NCBI RefSeq assembly: GCF_006345805.1
Contig: NC_042997.1
Location: 196,106,001-196,170,000 of the forward strand
DNA length: 64,000 nucleotides
Reading direction: 5' to 3'
DNA from: Octopus sinensis
Taxonomy: Eukaryota
Under the pieces are notes generated by a model, which was not told the origin of the DNA, ran no database searches, and was given only the letters and a program-made list of their open reading frames with translations. Within the stretch, counting starts at the first letter, position 1. The number at the start of each line of letters is the position of its first letter. Positions 12,415-25,187 of the stretch are shown one piece after another. The position numbers were made by a program, and so were the translations under genes.

Positions 12415-13069
12415 CATACGCATACATATATCTATATACATACATATATATATATATATACCTCAGAAGGTATGAGAGGCGAATATATTAATTTAACCAC
12501 GTGGCTTCCATAGGGCCATTCTGCAATATTAATCTTTTGGTGTTAATTTCAATATGAAAGACATCGTGCATGCACTTTCGCATTAATTGATAAGTGGGCT
12601 CACTACTGTGCTTGTAGGTTTCTATATTTTCAAGGCAATATAAACAAAGAAAACTAGATCATCAGATCTCTGTTACCATGTCTAAACAAATAATTCTGAT
12701 ATCCGCACGCTTGCGCGCGCATGTGTACGATTCTTTGCACACGCACACACACACTCATTCAGATATATATAATAGAGAGGGTAAAAAAAATTCTCAAGTT
12801 TAAAAAAATCATTGGGTATATAAATATTTTTAATGAAAGTATATTAAAACAAAACTCCTGAAAAAATGTTTTCTGTGTTAATTTTGTTTTTTAAAATATT
12901 TTTATATAATGACTGGTTTTTAATTGTTTTTCAAAAATTCGTCATTTTCTTTTACAAATATTATGGCTGTATCAAGAGAATTTTTGGGAAACTTTTGTTT
13001 AAATACGTACAAACATAAAAATATACATATACATACATACATGCGCACACACACACTTACACATACATG

Positions 13070-13100
<31 letters not shown>

Positions 13101-13125
13101 GTATATAAATATATATGCGTGTATG

Positions 13126-13218
<93 letters not shown>

Positions 13219-13236
13219 ATGTGTGTGTGTGTCTTG

Positions 13237-13332
13237 CGCAGGAGTGACTGCGTGGCAAGTGCCTTCTGCTATAGCCTCGGGCCAGTCAAAACCTTGTGTG
13301 ATGGATTTGGTAGACGGAAACTGAAAGGAATG
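13237..13332 (+). mobile_element. 5'-half fragment of SINE family B
   Basis: gcgcaggagtg...ggcaagtgccttctgctatagcctcggg...ggtagacggaaactgaaag. Confidence 0.8.
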
Positions 13333-13470
13333 TGGACGTCCATATGCTACAAGTAGATCCGCGCCAAAACGAAGACTTTTGAAAGATAACCCCAAGTGTA
13401 ATTAGTAGAACTGTATACTTGTTCAATCTCATGCGGATGTATAGTTCTGCAAATTATATTTGCGAAGACG

Positions 13471-13541
13471 ATCACACTGACGAGCTACGGACAATTACGT
13501 AAGTAATTACGTAAGTGGTAATAGCGAAACTAGTTTGTGAT
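13471..13541 (+). ncRNA. Intact minimal type-I hammerhead ribozyme
   Basis: ATCACA-CTGACGA-GCTA[34 nt]TAGC-GAAAC-TA-GTT-TGTGAT. Stem I is a perfect 6 bp, the core is canonical, stem III is palindromic (ACTAGT), predicted cleavage after GUU at 13535. Confidence 0.8.
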
Positions 13542-13761
13542 TAATCTATCTGTTGTTTCTTTTCATTTGTCTTGCTCACTTACGTTCTGCCGTTTGCTAA
13601 AATTTTCTTGAGAACGTATCCCACTTATATGTATGTATTATAATTTCTCTGTATCTTCAGATTTCAATATGCTAGATCACTGGTTTTAAATTGATATTAA
13701 TCAAATTAATATTCAGTTTTTCACCCTTATTATTTTTATTTTAAATTTATATATATATATA

Positions 13762-14150
13762 GGCGCAGGAGTGGGTGTGTGGTAAGTAGCTTGCTAACCA
13801 ACCACATAGTTCCGGGTTCAGTCCCACTGCGTGGCATCTTGGGCAAGTGTCTTCTGCTATAGCCCCGGGCCGACCAATGCCTTGTGAGTGGATTTGGTAG
13901 ACGGAAACTGAAAGAAGCCTGTCGTATATATGTATATATATATAAGTCTGTGTGTATGTATTTGTCCCCCAAGCATTGCTTGACAACCGATGCTGGTGTG
14001 TTTATGTCCCCGTCACCTAGTGGTTCGGTAAAAGAGACCGATAGAATAAGTACTGGTCTTAAAAAGAATAAGTCCCGGGATCGATTTGCTCGACTAAAGG
14101 CGGTGCACCAGCATGGCCCCAGTCAAATAACTGAAACAAATAAAAAGAGA
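13762..14150 (+). mobile_element. Full-length SINE family B (tRNA head, CORE-like ACCTTGGGCAAG motif, internal microsatellite, LINE-derived tail)
   Basis: Box A in GAGTGG(G/C)TGTGTGG, box B GGTTCAGTCCC; many other copies on both strands. Confidence 0.9.
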
Positions 14151-14687
14151 AAGAGAAAGAGATATATATAGTATTAAAGAGATATATATAGTTAACCTCG
14201 TGAAGAGATGGTTAAAATCCAAGGAAATAGTGGTTCAATACGTAGCATTGTTGGTTAATTAAATTCCCTTAAAAATATGTATATATTAAACATAGCTTCT
14301 ATACAGTTAAAAGTAGAAAAGTAAATGGAGATTAGGAAGCTAATGATTTATTATCAACAGATTCGTTATTTCCATTGTCTGCTGAAAAGACTTGATTGGT
14401 CCGCAACTATAGAAATGGTGGCGGTCGAGGAAATGAAAGTAAAATTAAGGGATAGAGAGGCGGACGTCAATGGCATCAGCGTATCTATAAATTTGTTACT
14501 GAGAAATGAATTGAACTGAAAAGAATAGAACAAGAAAACGAATGTCCGTTGTAGTTCTTCACGGATAGACTTCAGTTTTCCTGGTTTCGGCTTAGAAATA
14601 TTTACACTTACTTTTATATTGACAAATGTTGCGATGCCATTAAGAACACGCTGTCCATCTTTTACTTTATAAATTATATAAATTTAA

Positions 14688-14745
<58 letters not shown>

Positions 14746-15246
14746 TGTACGTACCTACTTCTCATTTGAATAGCCACATCTAGAATACTTTTGCTCTCTT
14801 CACTAAACAAGACAATAAGAGAATTGAGTCATCCTACAGGGCACTCACTAGTAAGAGAAAAACAAAAGACGATGAATCTTGATTACTGGGACCGCCATAA
14901 AAAAATTGAAGCTTTGATCTCTCAAACGAAGCAACATCAGCTACTGAGAGCTACATCATTTGATTAATGTAGAGAATGTACCACCGGCGTTGTCCAAACA
15001 ACGTTGAGAAGAAATTGTGTTGCAGTGAATTTATACGTTGTGAGCCTAAATTGTGAAAGAGGTATTCAATTCAGGCTCAGAGTATATAAGTTCATTGCAA
15101 CACAATTTCTTCTTCTCAGCAGTCCCTGCTCTATTTAACTTTATATCCCAAAAAATTAAAGAAGAGAAAGATGTGCGACCGATAATGTATAATGACGTAC
15201 GGACCTGCTTTAAATTCGAGATTTAATTTTATTTCACATGTTCTAG

Positions 15247-15321
15247 GCTACAGCACAACAACAACTAGACTTAACACTATTTGCATACATGTCCCTCACC
15301 GATGGTTCAATTCGTTTCAAG
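15247..15321 (+). CDS. Candidate internal exon (ATAQQQLDLTLFAYMSLTDGSIRFK in phase 0; a second frame is also open)
   Basis: Acceptor tttaattttatttcacatgttctag|, donor AAG|gtgaat, 75 nt. Could join 14784-14850 (CTA|gtaaga) and 17783 in phase. Confidence 0.35.
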
Positions 15322-16043
15322 GTGAATCCAGTAACTGGTGCTGAGGAGCTAAAACAATAGCGAAATATCGACTTCTGTCTTTCACGATCACATTGAGCGA
15401 GTAATCTCTACTGTTTGGGGCATTCAGTGTCCTTTAGTACTGGGCATCGTGTAAGGACCCTTACCAGTACGCTATCTCGTAACAAGTTGGTGTATAAACG
15501 AAACACATGCGACCGATAATGTTTATATACATAATTACATAGAAATATACATTTATGAAACAGAGAGGAAGAGAAAAGCAGAAACAGAAGTGGAATCGTA
15601 CCTCGTACGTACATAATACTTGATATCATATACTGCATATTTCAATGCTTCTGGATACATCAGAATTGATGTTACCTCAGACCACGTTGTGCTTCGCTTG
15701 TTTCAACAATCAGAGGCTCTGTGTGTATCACCCAATGCGTGAAGGATAATCAAGCTCTAGCTTATGTTCCAGATGCGCTATCATGGTAAACAATACTCAA
15801 CCCATTAGTTTTCACAACGCCTATAAATACACCTTATCTATTGTGACTTTAAAGACGCTTCTATCTCAATGGTTAGCTGGATTACATCTTTTTTCTCCTA
15901 GATTGTTCTGCTAATCCTCTGCTCCAACACCAATATGAAAAAAATGATATATAAATAAATAAATATATATATACATACACAAAAACCGGTGTGTTGATTT
16001 ATAAGGCAATAAAACACAATGACTCTCCCCAGACACAATAATA

Positions 16044-16103
<60 letters not shown>

Positions 16104-16105
16104 GG

Positions 16106-16523
16106 CTTTTACTTTTATTTGTTTCAGTCATTCGACTGCAGCCATGCTGGAGCACCGCCTTTTAGTCGAACAAATCAACACTAGGTCTTATTCTTTGTAA
16201 GCCTAGTACCTATTCTATCGGTATCTTGTGCCGAACCGCTAGGTTATGGGAACATATGCACACCAGCATCAGTTGTCAAGCGATGCTGGGGAGATAAACA
16301 TAGACACATAAACACACACACGTACACACACACACACACACACAAAGAAACACACATATACGATGGGCTTCTTTCAATTTCCATCTACCAAATTAACTGA
16401 CAAGGGTTTGGTCGGTCAGAGGCTATAGTAGAAGACACTCACCTAAGGTGCCACGCAGTAGGACTGAACCCGGAACCATGTGGTTGGGAAGCAATTCACT
16501 TACCATATATCCACACCTGTGCC
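16106..16523 (-). mobile_element. Full-length SINE family B
   Basis: Reverse complement of 13762-14150. Confidence 0.9.
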
Positions 16524-16557
<34 letters not shown>

Positions 16558-17317
16558 TGTACGTACGTATGTATGTATGTATGTATGTATCTATGTATGT
16601 ATGTATGTATTGTTCATTTACGAAGTGATGCAGCTATTACTATTTTGGAAAGAGCTTCACTGATGAATTCATAATCAAACCGAAAATTATCTGCCAAAAA
16701 TGTAAGTCATCTTAGTGAATGGTTTCTATTGATTATATTTTCCGCGCCACAAAATTATTTCTACTTATTTTGCTTTTCTTTCAATGTTCACAGCCTTAAA
16801 TATACTAACATTAATTTAATTATTCTTTGATATGCCTATGGCGTCTCTGTGTCATGTACCAAATAGTGTGCAATTTCAAAATATCTTCTATATTGCCCGG
16901 TAATGTAACTATATAATTCAGACACACTTTAGACCAGACAATTTGCATCAACTGTCAAACGTTGTTGTTTATAATACCAATCTCATACGAATGATTTGCA
17001 TTTCAAAGAAGTAAATTTAATACAAGAACCGGATACAACTGATTCTTGTAAGCAATTGAGCGAAGAGAATGTAAAACAGTAACGATTAATTATCAAAGGA
17101 GATGTGTTTGAGAAAAGTGAATGCACTTTTAAAATGTGTTTGGAAGTGTAAGAATATTATTTCTACCCATGACATTTTCGAATATCACTTATGTACTGTC
17201 TAGTTTTTATGGAAATTACTTGATATGAGATGTTAATAACGCACAGGCTTTTAGTTTCGGACAAACTTATGTATAATGCCATGTAAAATACAACACCTAT
17301 ATATATCAACACATTAA

Positions 17318-17731
17318 GGCGGCGAGCTGGCAGAACCGTTAGCACGCCGGGCGAAATGCTTAGCGGTATTTCGTCTGCCGTTACGTTCTGAGTTCAAATT
17401 CCGCCGAGGTCGACTTTGCCTTTCATCCTTTCGGGGTCGATAAATAAAGTACCAGTTTCGCACTGGTGCCGATGTAATCGACTTAATCCGTTTATCTGTC
17501 CTTGTTTTCCCCCTCTATGTTTGGCCCCTTGTGCGTAATAAAGAAATAGGTATTTCGTCTGTCGTTACGTTCTGAGTTCAAATTCCGCCGAAGTCGACTT
17601 TGCCTTTCATCCTTTCGGGGTCGATAAATAAAGTACCAGTTTCGCACTGGGGTCGATGTAATCAACTTAATCCCTTTGTCTGTCTTGGTTTGTCCCCTCT
17701 ATGTTTAGCCCCTTGTGGGTAGTAAAGAAAT
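17318..17731 (+). mobile_element. SINE family A head-to-tail dimer
   Basis: Full unit plus a headless second unit joined at AAAGAAATAGGTATTTCG (about 17545-17558). Confidence 0.9.
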
Positions 17732-17782
17732 ATATGTATATAGACACATTGTATGTTCCAATCTCCTGTGTTCCTTCTGTAG

Positions 17783-17856
17783 ATTGTTGGGGGCACAAAT
17801 GCAACTTCTCTCCTGGTAGCTGCATTTGAAAGTGTTAAGCGAATACTTCCTCCGCG
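17783..17856 (+). CDS. Candidate internal exon (IVGGTNATSLLVAAFESVKRILPP[R])
   Basis: Strong acceptor ctcctgtgttccttctgtag|, strong donor CG|gtgagt; only one frame is open. Confidence 0.5.
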
Positions 17857-19561
17857 GTGAGTTATCATTATTCACTTCATGCATTGAAGCATATATATTC
17901 AACGAGAAGTAGTACCGTTTCTAATGCCGTTTCTTTCATGGGGGGAAACCGTAAGATTTGAAAATGGATGTTCGAATTTTTATATTTAATAAAATCACGA
18001 TGCTTTCCACTTTTATAATCTTGCTCAACACCATGACAAAGAAAGAATTATGAGGATGCAAATAGAATTCTGTCTTCTCATTAGTAAAGATGGCAGGGTG
18101 AGAGAATATAGCACTAATAATGCGGTGCGGTGCATGTCCAGTATTTGTCAGTTTGAGAACTGACTGTTTTTCTAACGTACGGAGACGATAATTATGAATA
18201 ATCTGTTTATAATGAATTGGTCGTAATGAAAGATCGACATATAATATTGAAATCTCTCGCCAAAGGGAAATCGAAATACACAAGGTGTTAAAGAAGGTGT
18301 TGACACATCAATAACTTCTCCGTCTACAAAAGTTTATAACACTTCTACTACGATCTTTGCAAACCAATATAAGAATTATCGCGAATTAATTACCAAAACA
18401 TTATCAACAATGAAAATACTTTGTACATCTACAAATGATTTGTACAGATTTAGAGCAAACACGAAACCTAAATTAGCATTAAACTAACCTTATTCCCAAG
18501 ATGTTTCTTTCAACAACGTTCTTTATTAGAGTGCTAATTTCCCTAATCAATATATTAACCTTGATAGAATGATGGTACTTCGAAAGGAGTAACAATTCAT
18601 TTCTTATAAATAACTTGAAGTAGTTTGTTAAACACGGTGAAGACGTAGTTATCCTATTATTGAAAAATATGGTTTCCAAAGGGATTACACCACAACATGG
18701 ATTCAAATTGGTAAGGTGACCTTGAATAAAGAAAAAAAACGTGCAAAAATTAAGGAATGTTATATTTCTGGGTACTGACAGATAATTAGGCATAAAACAG
18801 CTTTAGAAATAGCTGTGGATGAATAGAGAGAATATAACAATCCCAGATTTAAAGAATCGGTTAATAAAGAATATTATTAGCCGAATATTTAAAACTGGAT
18901 AAAAAAAAATACACACACACAGAGGGATATAATAGGAATCAACTTTCTAACTATTCTTATAATAAACTGTGGGTTGAATATATACAATTCGGGGTGGTTA
19001 CATTGGAATGAAAACATGCAAAAGAAAGATAGCGAGAAAATGTCGAATTCCATACACAAAGCCTGCTATTAAGAAAGTATATTTAGCGACAATAGAATGA
19101 AATAAAAGCGTATTTAAAAGCTTCCGATGGATTTCAAACTATCCAGTATCGAATAAAGTAAATTATATTTCGAAAAAATACCATTATAAAAAGTAATAAC
19201 TTGTTCATTATCTTCCGTATTGTTGAAGCAAACTTTTAGAAATAGCTAACAAAACAAATGCCTCTTTCTCATGTTTCCATATCTAGAAGATACCAAATAA
19301 GGGATCAGGCAACGATTAGCTGCGAGAAGGATCTATTCCATGACAGGGAAATATTTTTTAAAATAACCTTTGAACATAAAGCGAAACAAAAATAGACTTT
19401 AAAATATAGAATACCTGATCTTTATGTAACACTTGAATAAAGCATGTTATGGTGTATTGTGTGGCAATGGTGTACAGTAACTGTGCGTAGGCTCTTCACT
19501 TCTGAATAAAACCGTTAATTTTACAGGATATGGAATTCATATTTCCTTTATGAAATGTTAC

Positions 19562-19765
19562 CCTTTTACTTGTTTCAGTCATCTGACTGCGGCCATGCTG
19601 GATCACCGCCTTTAGTCGAGCAAATCGAACCCAGGACTTATTCTTTGTAAGCCTAGTACTTATTCTATCGGTCTCCTTTGCCGAACCGCTAAGTTACGAG
19701 GACGTAAACACACCAGCATCGGTTGTCAAGGGGTCATACACAGACACAGAAACATATACACACAC

Positions 19766-19811
<46 letters not shown>

Positions 19812-20014
19812 ACACACACACATACATATATATATACATATATATATATACTTATATACGACAGGCTTCTTTCAGTTTCCCTCTACCAAATCCACTCACA
19901 AGACTTTGGTTGGCCCGAGGCTATAGTAGAAGACATTTGCCCAAAGTGCCACGCAGTGGGACTGAACCCGGAACCATGTGGTTAGTAAGCAAGCTACTTA
20001 CCACACAGCCACTC
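19562..20014 (-). mobile_element. Full-length SINE family B
   Basis: Reverse complement of 13762-14150 with an internal (CA)n/(TA)n tract. Confidence 0.9.
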
Positions 20015-20951
20015 TTAGCGTTCTTATTTACATCCCTGATCAGTCGTGATCTTAGATCTTAGATCAAAGTAATTACGATTAAAAGTATACCAGCTCTTCT
20101 TTAATTCAAACGTAGAAAATATCTACAATTGTATAATCGCATGTATTCCGAGATGGTAACAATGAGATAGCAAGATGTGATTTGAACTATTTGATCCGTT
20201 ACTCTTGAGTCAAGTCTGTCGAAGAGATTCCTTCATTAGATCTTGATCTTTTTAAGAGGTACATATTAAGTACCATATTTTTTTACACAAAAGACGCGTG
20301 GGCATATAATATGCACATTAATTTCAGCAGCTTATGGCATCCATAAACTTTAATGCAGTAAACAAACAGTTTGTTTACTGTATTAAAGTTTATGGACGGC
20401 CCAAATTTACAAGCAGGATCCGGTTGGTATTGCGATGTTTTGTGGAGCGGTGAGAATATGTCATCATAGTAGATAGATCATATAGAAATCAATATCAGAT
20501 AAGGTTTATTCTAAATATCATAAAATTGATATATACGAAGATGTCATACAATGAGTATTTTGTCATATTCTTGAGGCCACCATTTTAATTTAAATGCATT
20601 CTCAATGATAAGCGTGTAGCTGGCAACTATCCAAAATATCAAGTTCTAATATCATATCTTACATTCAACAAATGAAGCATCGAAGAGTTTAAGATTAGTA
20701 TTTGAGAATTAAAGGACCACAAATGAACCCTGAACCTGCTTGAAAGTATCTATGGGAATATATATATAAATGGTTTCAAATTATCTTATCTAGCATCAAT
20801 GTCATAGGAAATGTCGATGGTATTTCTGATAATGACTAAAAGAAACTGTAAATGAATCCCTTCTGTATCTTACGAACGTGTGTATGTATGTTTGTTCATA
20901 CGTGTTGTGTTTGAAACAAATTCAGCTGTAAATTGATATATTCGCGTGTGG

Positions 20952-21180
20952 AGCTGGCAGAATCGTTAGCACGCCGGGCGAAATGCTTAGCAGTATTTCG
21001 TCTGCAGCTACGTTCTGAGTTCAAATTCCGCCGAGGTCGACTTTGCCTTTCATCCTTTCAGGGTCGATAAATAAAGTACCAGTTTCGCGCTGGGGTCGAT
21101 GTAATCGACTTAATCCCTTTGTCTGTCCTTGTTTGTCCCCTCTATGTTTAGCCCCTTGTGGGTTGTAAAGAAATAGGTAT
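20952..21180 (+). mobile_element. SINE family A
   Basis: Matches 7413-7639. Confidence 0.9.
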
Positions 21181-21335
21181 ATAACAAAATAGCTTTCCAG
21201 TTACTCAATTTAGTACCAATATCTCACGTTCTCTCTTTGTTTCTCACACGCCCATTTACGCTTTCTCCCTCCCGTTCACTCATTGATATATGTTCAGACA
21301 CATAGGATAAAGAATAAAAGGGTAAAGACAGCCAT

Positions 21336-21855
21336 CTGTCATGAATGACCATGGGATTGCACCTAGAATGTTACCCCTTCCGAAGCACAAGTTATGGAAG
21401 ACCAGCAGTGGCCCATGCATACCATCCCTACTCTCCACACCACCGCTGTTCAAAGGAAAGGCAAAGGCCGAAACAGCTTGGCATCAGTGACGTCGCAACT
21501 AATTTCTACAGCTGAGTGAACTGGAGAAACGTGAAATAAAGTGTCTTGCTCAAGAACATAACACTCAGCCAGGTCCGGGAATCAAAATCACTACCTCATT
21601 ATCTATTTCTTTACTACCCACAAGGGGCTAAACACAGAGGGGACAGACAAGGACAGACAAAGGGACTAAGTCGATTATATCGACTCCAGTGCGTAACTGG
21701 TACTTATTTAATCGACCCCGAAAGGATGAAAGGTAAAGTCGACCTCGGCGGAATTTGAACTCAGAACGTAACGGCAGACGAAATATCTCTATGCATTTCG
21801 CCCGGCGTGCATAGAGGTATTACCTCATTATCGTGATCCCGACGCTCTAACCACA
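21336..21855 (-). mobile_element. CORE-type SINE (family D variant) with a family A SINE (21604-21811) nested in its head
   Basis: TACCTCATTATC is duplicated at 21592-21603 and 21821-21832; CORE-like GAAATAAAGTGTCTTGCTCAAGAAC is present. Confidence 0.75.
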
Positions 21856-22507
21856 TACATCGTCTGGAAATACGTTGAATATAATTAAGTCGATATGACC
21901 ACACATAAGGTAGTGAGCGCCATTCATATTGAAACGAAATGACATGAAATTGTAGACTAATTCTGTTCAAGAAAGATAAAAAAGATAAACCAAAATTTTG
22001 AATTAATGAATGTATGTCAATATTTAATAGCTAGGGAGTCCGATCTGTGGTAGAAAGTGACAACTCTGAGAATGTTTCGATCGCATTACGCCTCCTCAGC
22101 AACGCAGTTCTTCTCACCCTTGTCAGATCTACGATGGCTCAGAGATATATAGAGCTGGGAGTGAACAAACATTGATAAGGGTAATAACTTACAAGAATAT
22201 TTGAAAATAAATTACTTTCTAAAGTGACAAATATATATCTGGAATTTTCACTTTTCATACAGAAAATCAAATTCATTCCCGTTCCTTACATAATTTTGCC
22301 TTCAGTTAATGTAAGTTTCGTAGTCGTCTGCCATACTTTTCTTGTGCAAAATTAATTAATAATTGGTGAGTCCTTAGGAAGTGGTTGTTCAACATTACAC
22401 CCTTAATTATGGGAGAGGAAAATATGTGAATACTGATCTAAACATTAATACTGTGTGCTAACAAAATTCACCTGAAATATCTTTCCTCGCTATCGCAATG
22501 ATCGTAG

Positions 22508-22573
22508 GATCCTAGCAGTGCGCAGGCTTTCAAGATGAAGACGCAGTCAATTTTTTCTAATGTTAAATATGAG
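22508..22573 (+). CDS. Candidate internal exon (DPSSAQAFKMKTQSIFSNVKYE)
   Basis: gatcgtag| ... GAG|gtgaaa, 66 nt, one open frame; the acceptor is moderate. Confidence 0.3.
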
Positions 22574-22712
22574 GTGAAAGAATAATCCCTTTAACTACAG
22601 GTAATTCATTTGTCAAACTTGAAATGATGAAGAGAAAATTTGACCTTGGCGGGATCGGACTCAGGCTGCGAAGGGCAGGAAGTTAACTGCTAGGCATTCT
22701 ATCCAACAGTGT

Positions 22713-22945
22713 ACCTATTTCTTTATTACCCACAAGGGGCTAAACATAGAGGGGACAAACAAGGACAGACATAGGCATTAAGTCGATTACATCGACCCCA
22801 GTGCATAACTGGTACTTAATTTATCGACCCCGAAAGGATGAAAGGCAAAGTCGACCTCGGCGGAAGTTGAACTCACAACGTAACGGCAGCCGAAATACCG
22901 CTGAGCATTTCGCCCGACGTGCTAACGGTTCTGCCAGCTCACCGC
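22713..22945 (-). mobile_element. SINE family A
   Basis: Reverse complement of the consensus; a decayed partial copy lies at about 22600-22705. Confidence 0.9.
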
Positions 22946-23002
22946 TTCTTCCAACTCACCTCTTACTTAATGCCTTGCAATCATTCGAGTGAATGCATGT
23001 GA

Positions 23003-23283
23003 CTAAGTGGCGAGGGTATTCGATCATAATCGTAAGGTCGTGAGTTCAATTCGTGGTGACGCATTGTCATTAAACAAGGCATTTTATGTCACATTGCTTC
23101 TGTCCACCCAACAGGCTAAAAGGGCCGTCCTTGCCATATTCTGTGTCACGTTGATTCTACCCGAGAACTACATGATAGGTATGCGTGTTTGAGGAGGGCT
23201 CATCCACTTGCACATTAATCTGGCGAGCAGGTTCTGTTGATCGAATAAACTAAAACACACGTCGCCGTAATTGACGGAGTTCT
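23003..23283 (+). mobile_element. SINE family D (tRNA head, CORE-like domain, 3' domain shared with family C)
   Basis: gtaaggtcgtgagttcaatt...ttttatgtcacattgct...ctgtgtcacgttga...ccgagaactac. Confidence 0.75.
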
Positions 23284-23604
23284 ATTGGTTTGGATAATCA
23301 AACAAATAAATATTCACAACGTAGATTTCACTGGTTTTGGAATACTGACAGACACGACGATACAATTGACCCTTGCTTCTGTTAGTAAATATTATATTAC
23401 CAAAACCAAAGTAAACATGATTTTTTCTCTTTTAAAACTCTAGGTGAATATTTTATAGTGAAGGGGAGCCAAGTCGCTTGATTTGATCGGTGTGTATGAG
23501 TGGCATTTATGAAAAGAAGAAGGAAAGCTTGAGTCAATTATGATCATATTACAATATATGATATTATGTATATGTCATCCTTCGATAATTAACTACTTCT
23601 GCCT

Positions 23605-23785
23605 TACATTTTTTATTTGCTTCAGTCACTGGACTGCGACCATACTGGAGCACCATGTTGAAGTATATAGCCGAACATTACAAAATTTCTGTGTTTGGTA
23701 CTTATTTTATCAGTCACTTTTGCCATAACCACTAAGTTATGGGGATATAAACAAGCCTACACCGGTTTTCAAATACATCCATACG
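23605..23785 (-). mobile_element. Degenerate 3' half of SINE family B
   Basis: ttcagtca...catactggagcacc...taagttatgggg. Confidence 0.7.
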
Positions 23786-23891
23786 CACAAAGAAACGCAC
23801 ACGTACCTCCATGTGTATATTTTCTATATATATATATATATTTTATCTAAATATATATATATATATATGTATATATATATTATATATTATA

Positions 23892-23923
<32 letters not shown>

Positions 23924-24283
23924 TGTGTGTGTGTGTGTGTTGGTGTGTGTATGTATGTATCCATGTACGTATATATGTTTATATATGTATGTATGTATGT
24001 ATATATAACAGCACATAGAATGTACGTCTCCACAATATCCATTTGTGATGAGAAAATATGAACTCCTATTGGAATTTACATACCACGGACCGGAAACATT
24101 TCTACCACTTCTACAAACAACTTTCCTTGGATAATGGAACTAGAGTTATAAAATATTTCTACATTTTTATTTCTATTTCTACATTCGTTTTCCTATTTCC
24201 TTGTATACTCCTTATTTGCTTCCTTTTCCAAAATAACTCCCCACATTGAACTCTAATATTTTCCTCTATTTAACCATCCCAGA

Positions 24284-24333
24284 TTTTTCAGATGAAGAGA
24301 TGTCCCCAATATCCGAGAAACATCTGTAAGACT
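24284..24333 (+). ncRNA. Degenerate hammerhead motif
   Basis: TTTT-CAGATGA-AGAGAT(gtccccaat)ATCCGA-GAAAC-ATCT-GTA-AGACT; core U4>A and eroded stems. Confidence 0.4.
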
Positions 24334-24445
24334 AACTTTCTCTTCATAAATGTCCTGAAAACTCAACAGAGCCTTGGCTTGGTTGTCTCATTTTATTTAA
24401 ATTTAACCCCCCCCCCCACACACAACACACACGCATACATATATA

Positions 24446-24476
<31 letters not shown>

Positions 24477-24570
24477 ATATATATATATATATATATATGT
24501 TATATATGCATATACATTAGTTTGTATGTATGTATGTATGTAGTATGTATGAGTATACACATACACGTAC

Positions 24571-24608
<38 letters not shown>

Positions 24609-25146
24609 TATGGGCTTTCATACAGATTCCCTTTACCAACTTTAATAACAAGGCTTTGGGTTCCTCAGTGATATATTAAAAAACACTTACCCAAGGTGCA
24701 GATCAATGTGACTGTACCTGAGGCCATACGAATGCAATGCACATTTATTAACTCAAAGACCATTCACACTTTTACTTAGTTAAAATGAATAAATAAACCC
24801 ACACATTATGTACGTATGTGCCTCAGATGCGAGAAAACAATGTAAATTAATTTCCTATGAAAGGAAATAAACTTATTACATGTAAAAATACGAACCACAA
24901 GTGTAAATTGTCGAAACAAAAACTCTGAAACGCTCAGTTACTATATGAAACCAGTCCAATGACAATCATTAACACGGAGTATAGGCGAGCAGCTGTGATA
25001 TATGTACAGCAGAGAAAAAAAATCAATGTTAACGTGGGCTAGAGAACCAAACACTTCATTACCTGCTGTAAATTACACAGTATTGTTTCTGAAAATATCT
25101 CTCTATAATTTCTTTAGTTCGCCATCTTTGTCTCATTCTCCGTCTG

Positions 25147-25187
<41 letters not shown>

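Noticed and set aside
14608-15348. Alternative minus-strand exon set (KDGQRVLNGIATFVNIK; EESKSILDVAIQMRS; SSAPVTGFTLKRIEPS)
   Set aside because: The splice phases are mutually incompatible; it is kept only as a reminder that strand assignment here is unproven.
16658-16695. CTGATGA...GAAA hammerhead candidate
   Set aside because: No stem I, II or III pairing and no NUH.
17783-17856. Trypsin-like protease suggested by K-IVGG
   Set aside because: The following residues lack the PWQ/V-S-L and Cys pattern of S1 proteases.
20215-20250. CTGTCGAAGAG resembling the CUGUNGA family
   Set aside because: No GAAAC half or matching flanks.
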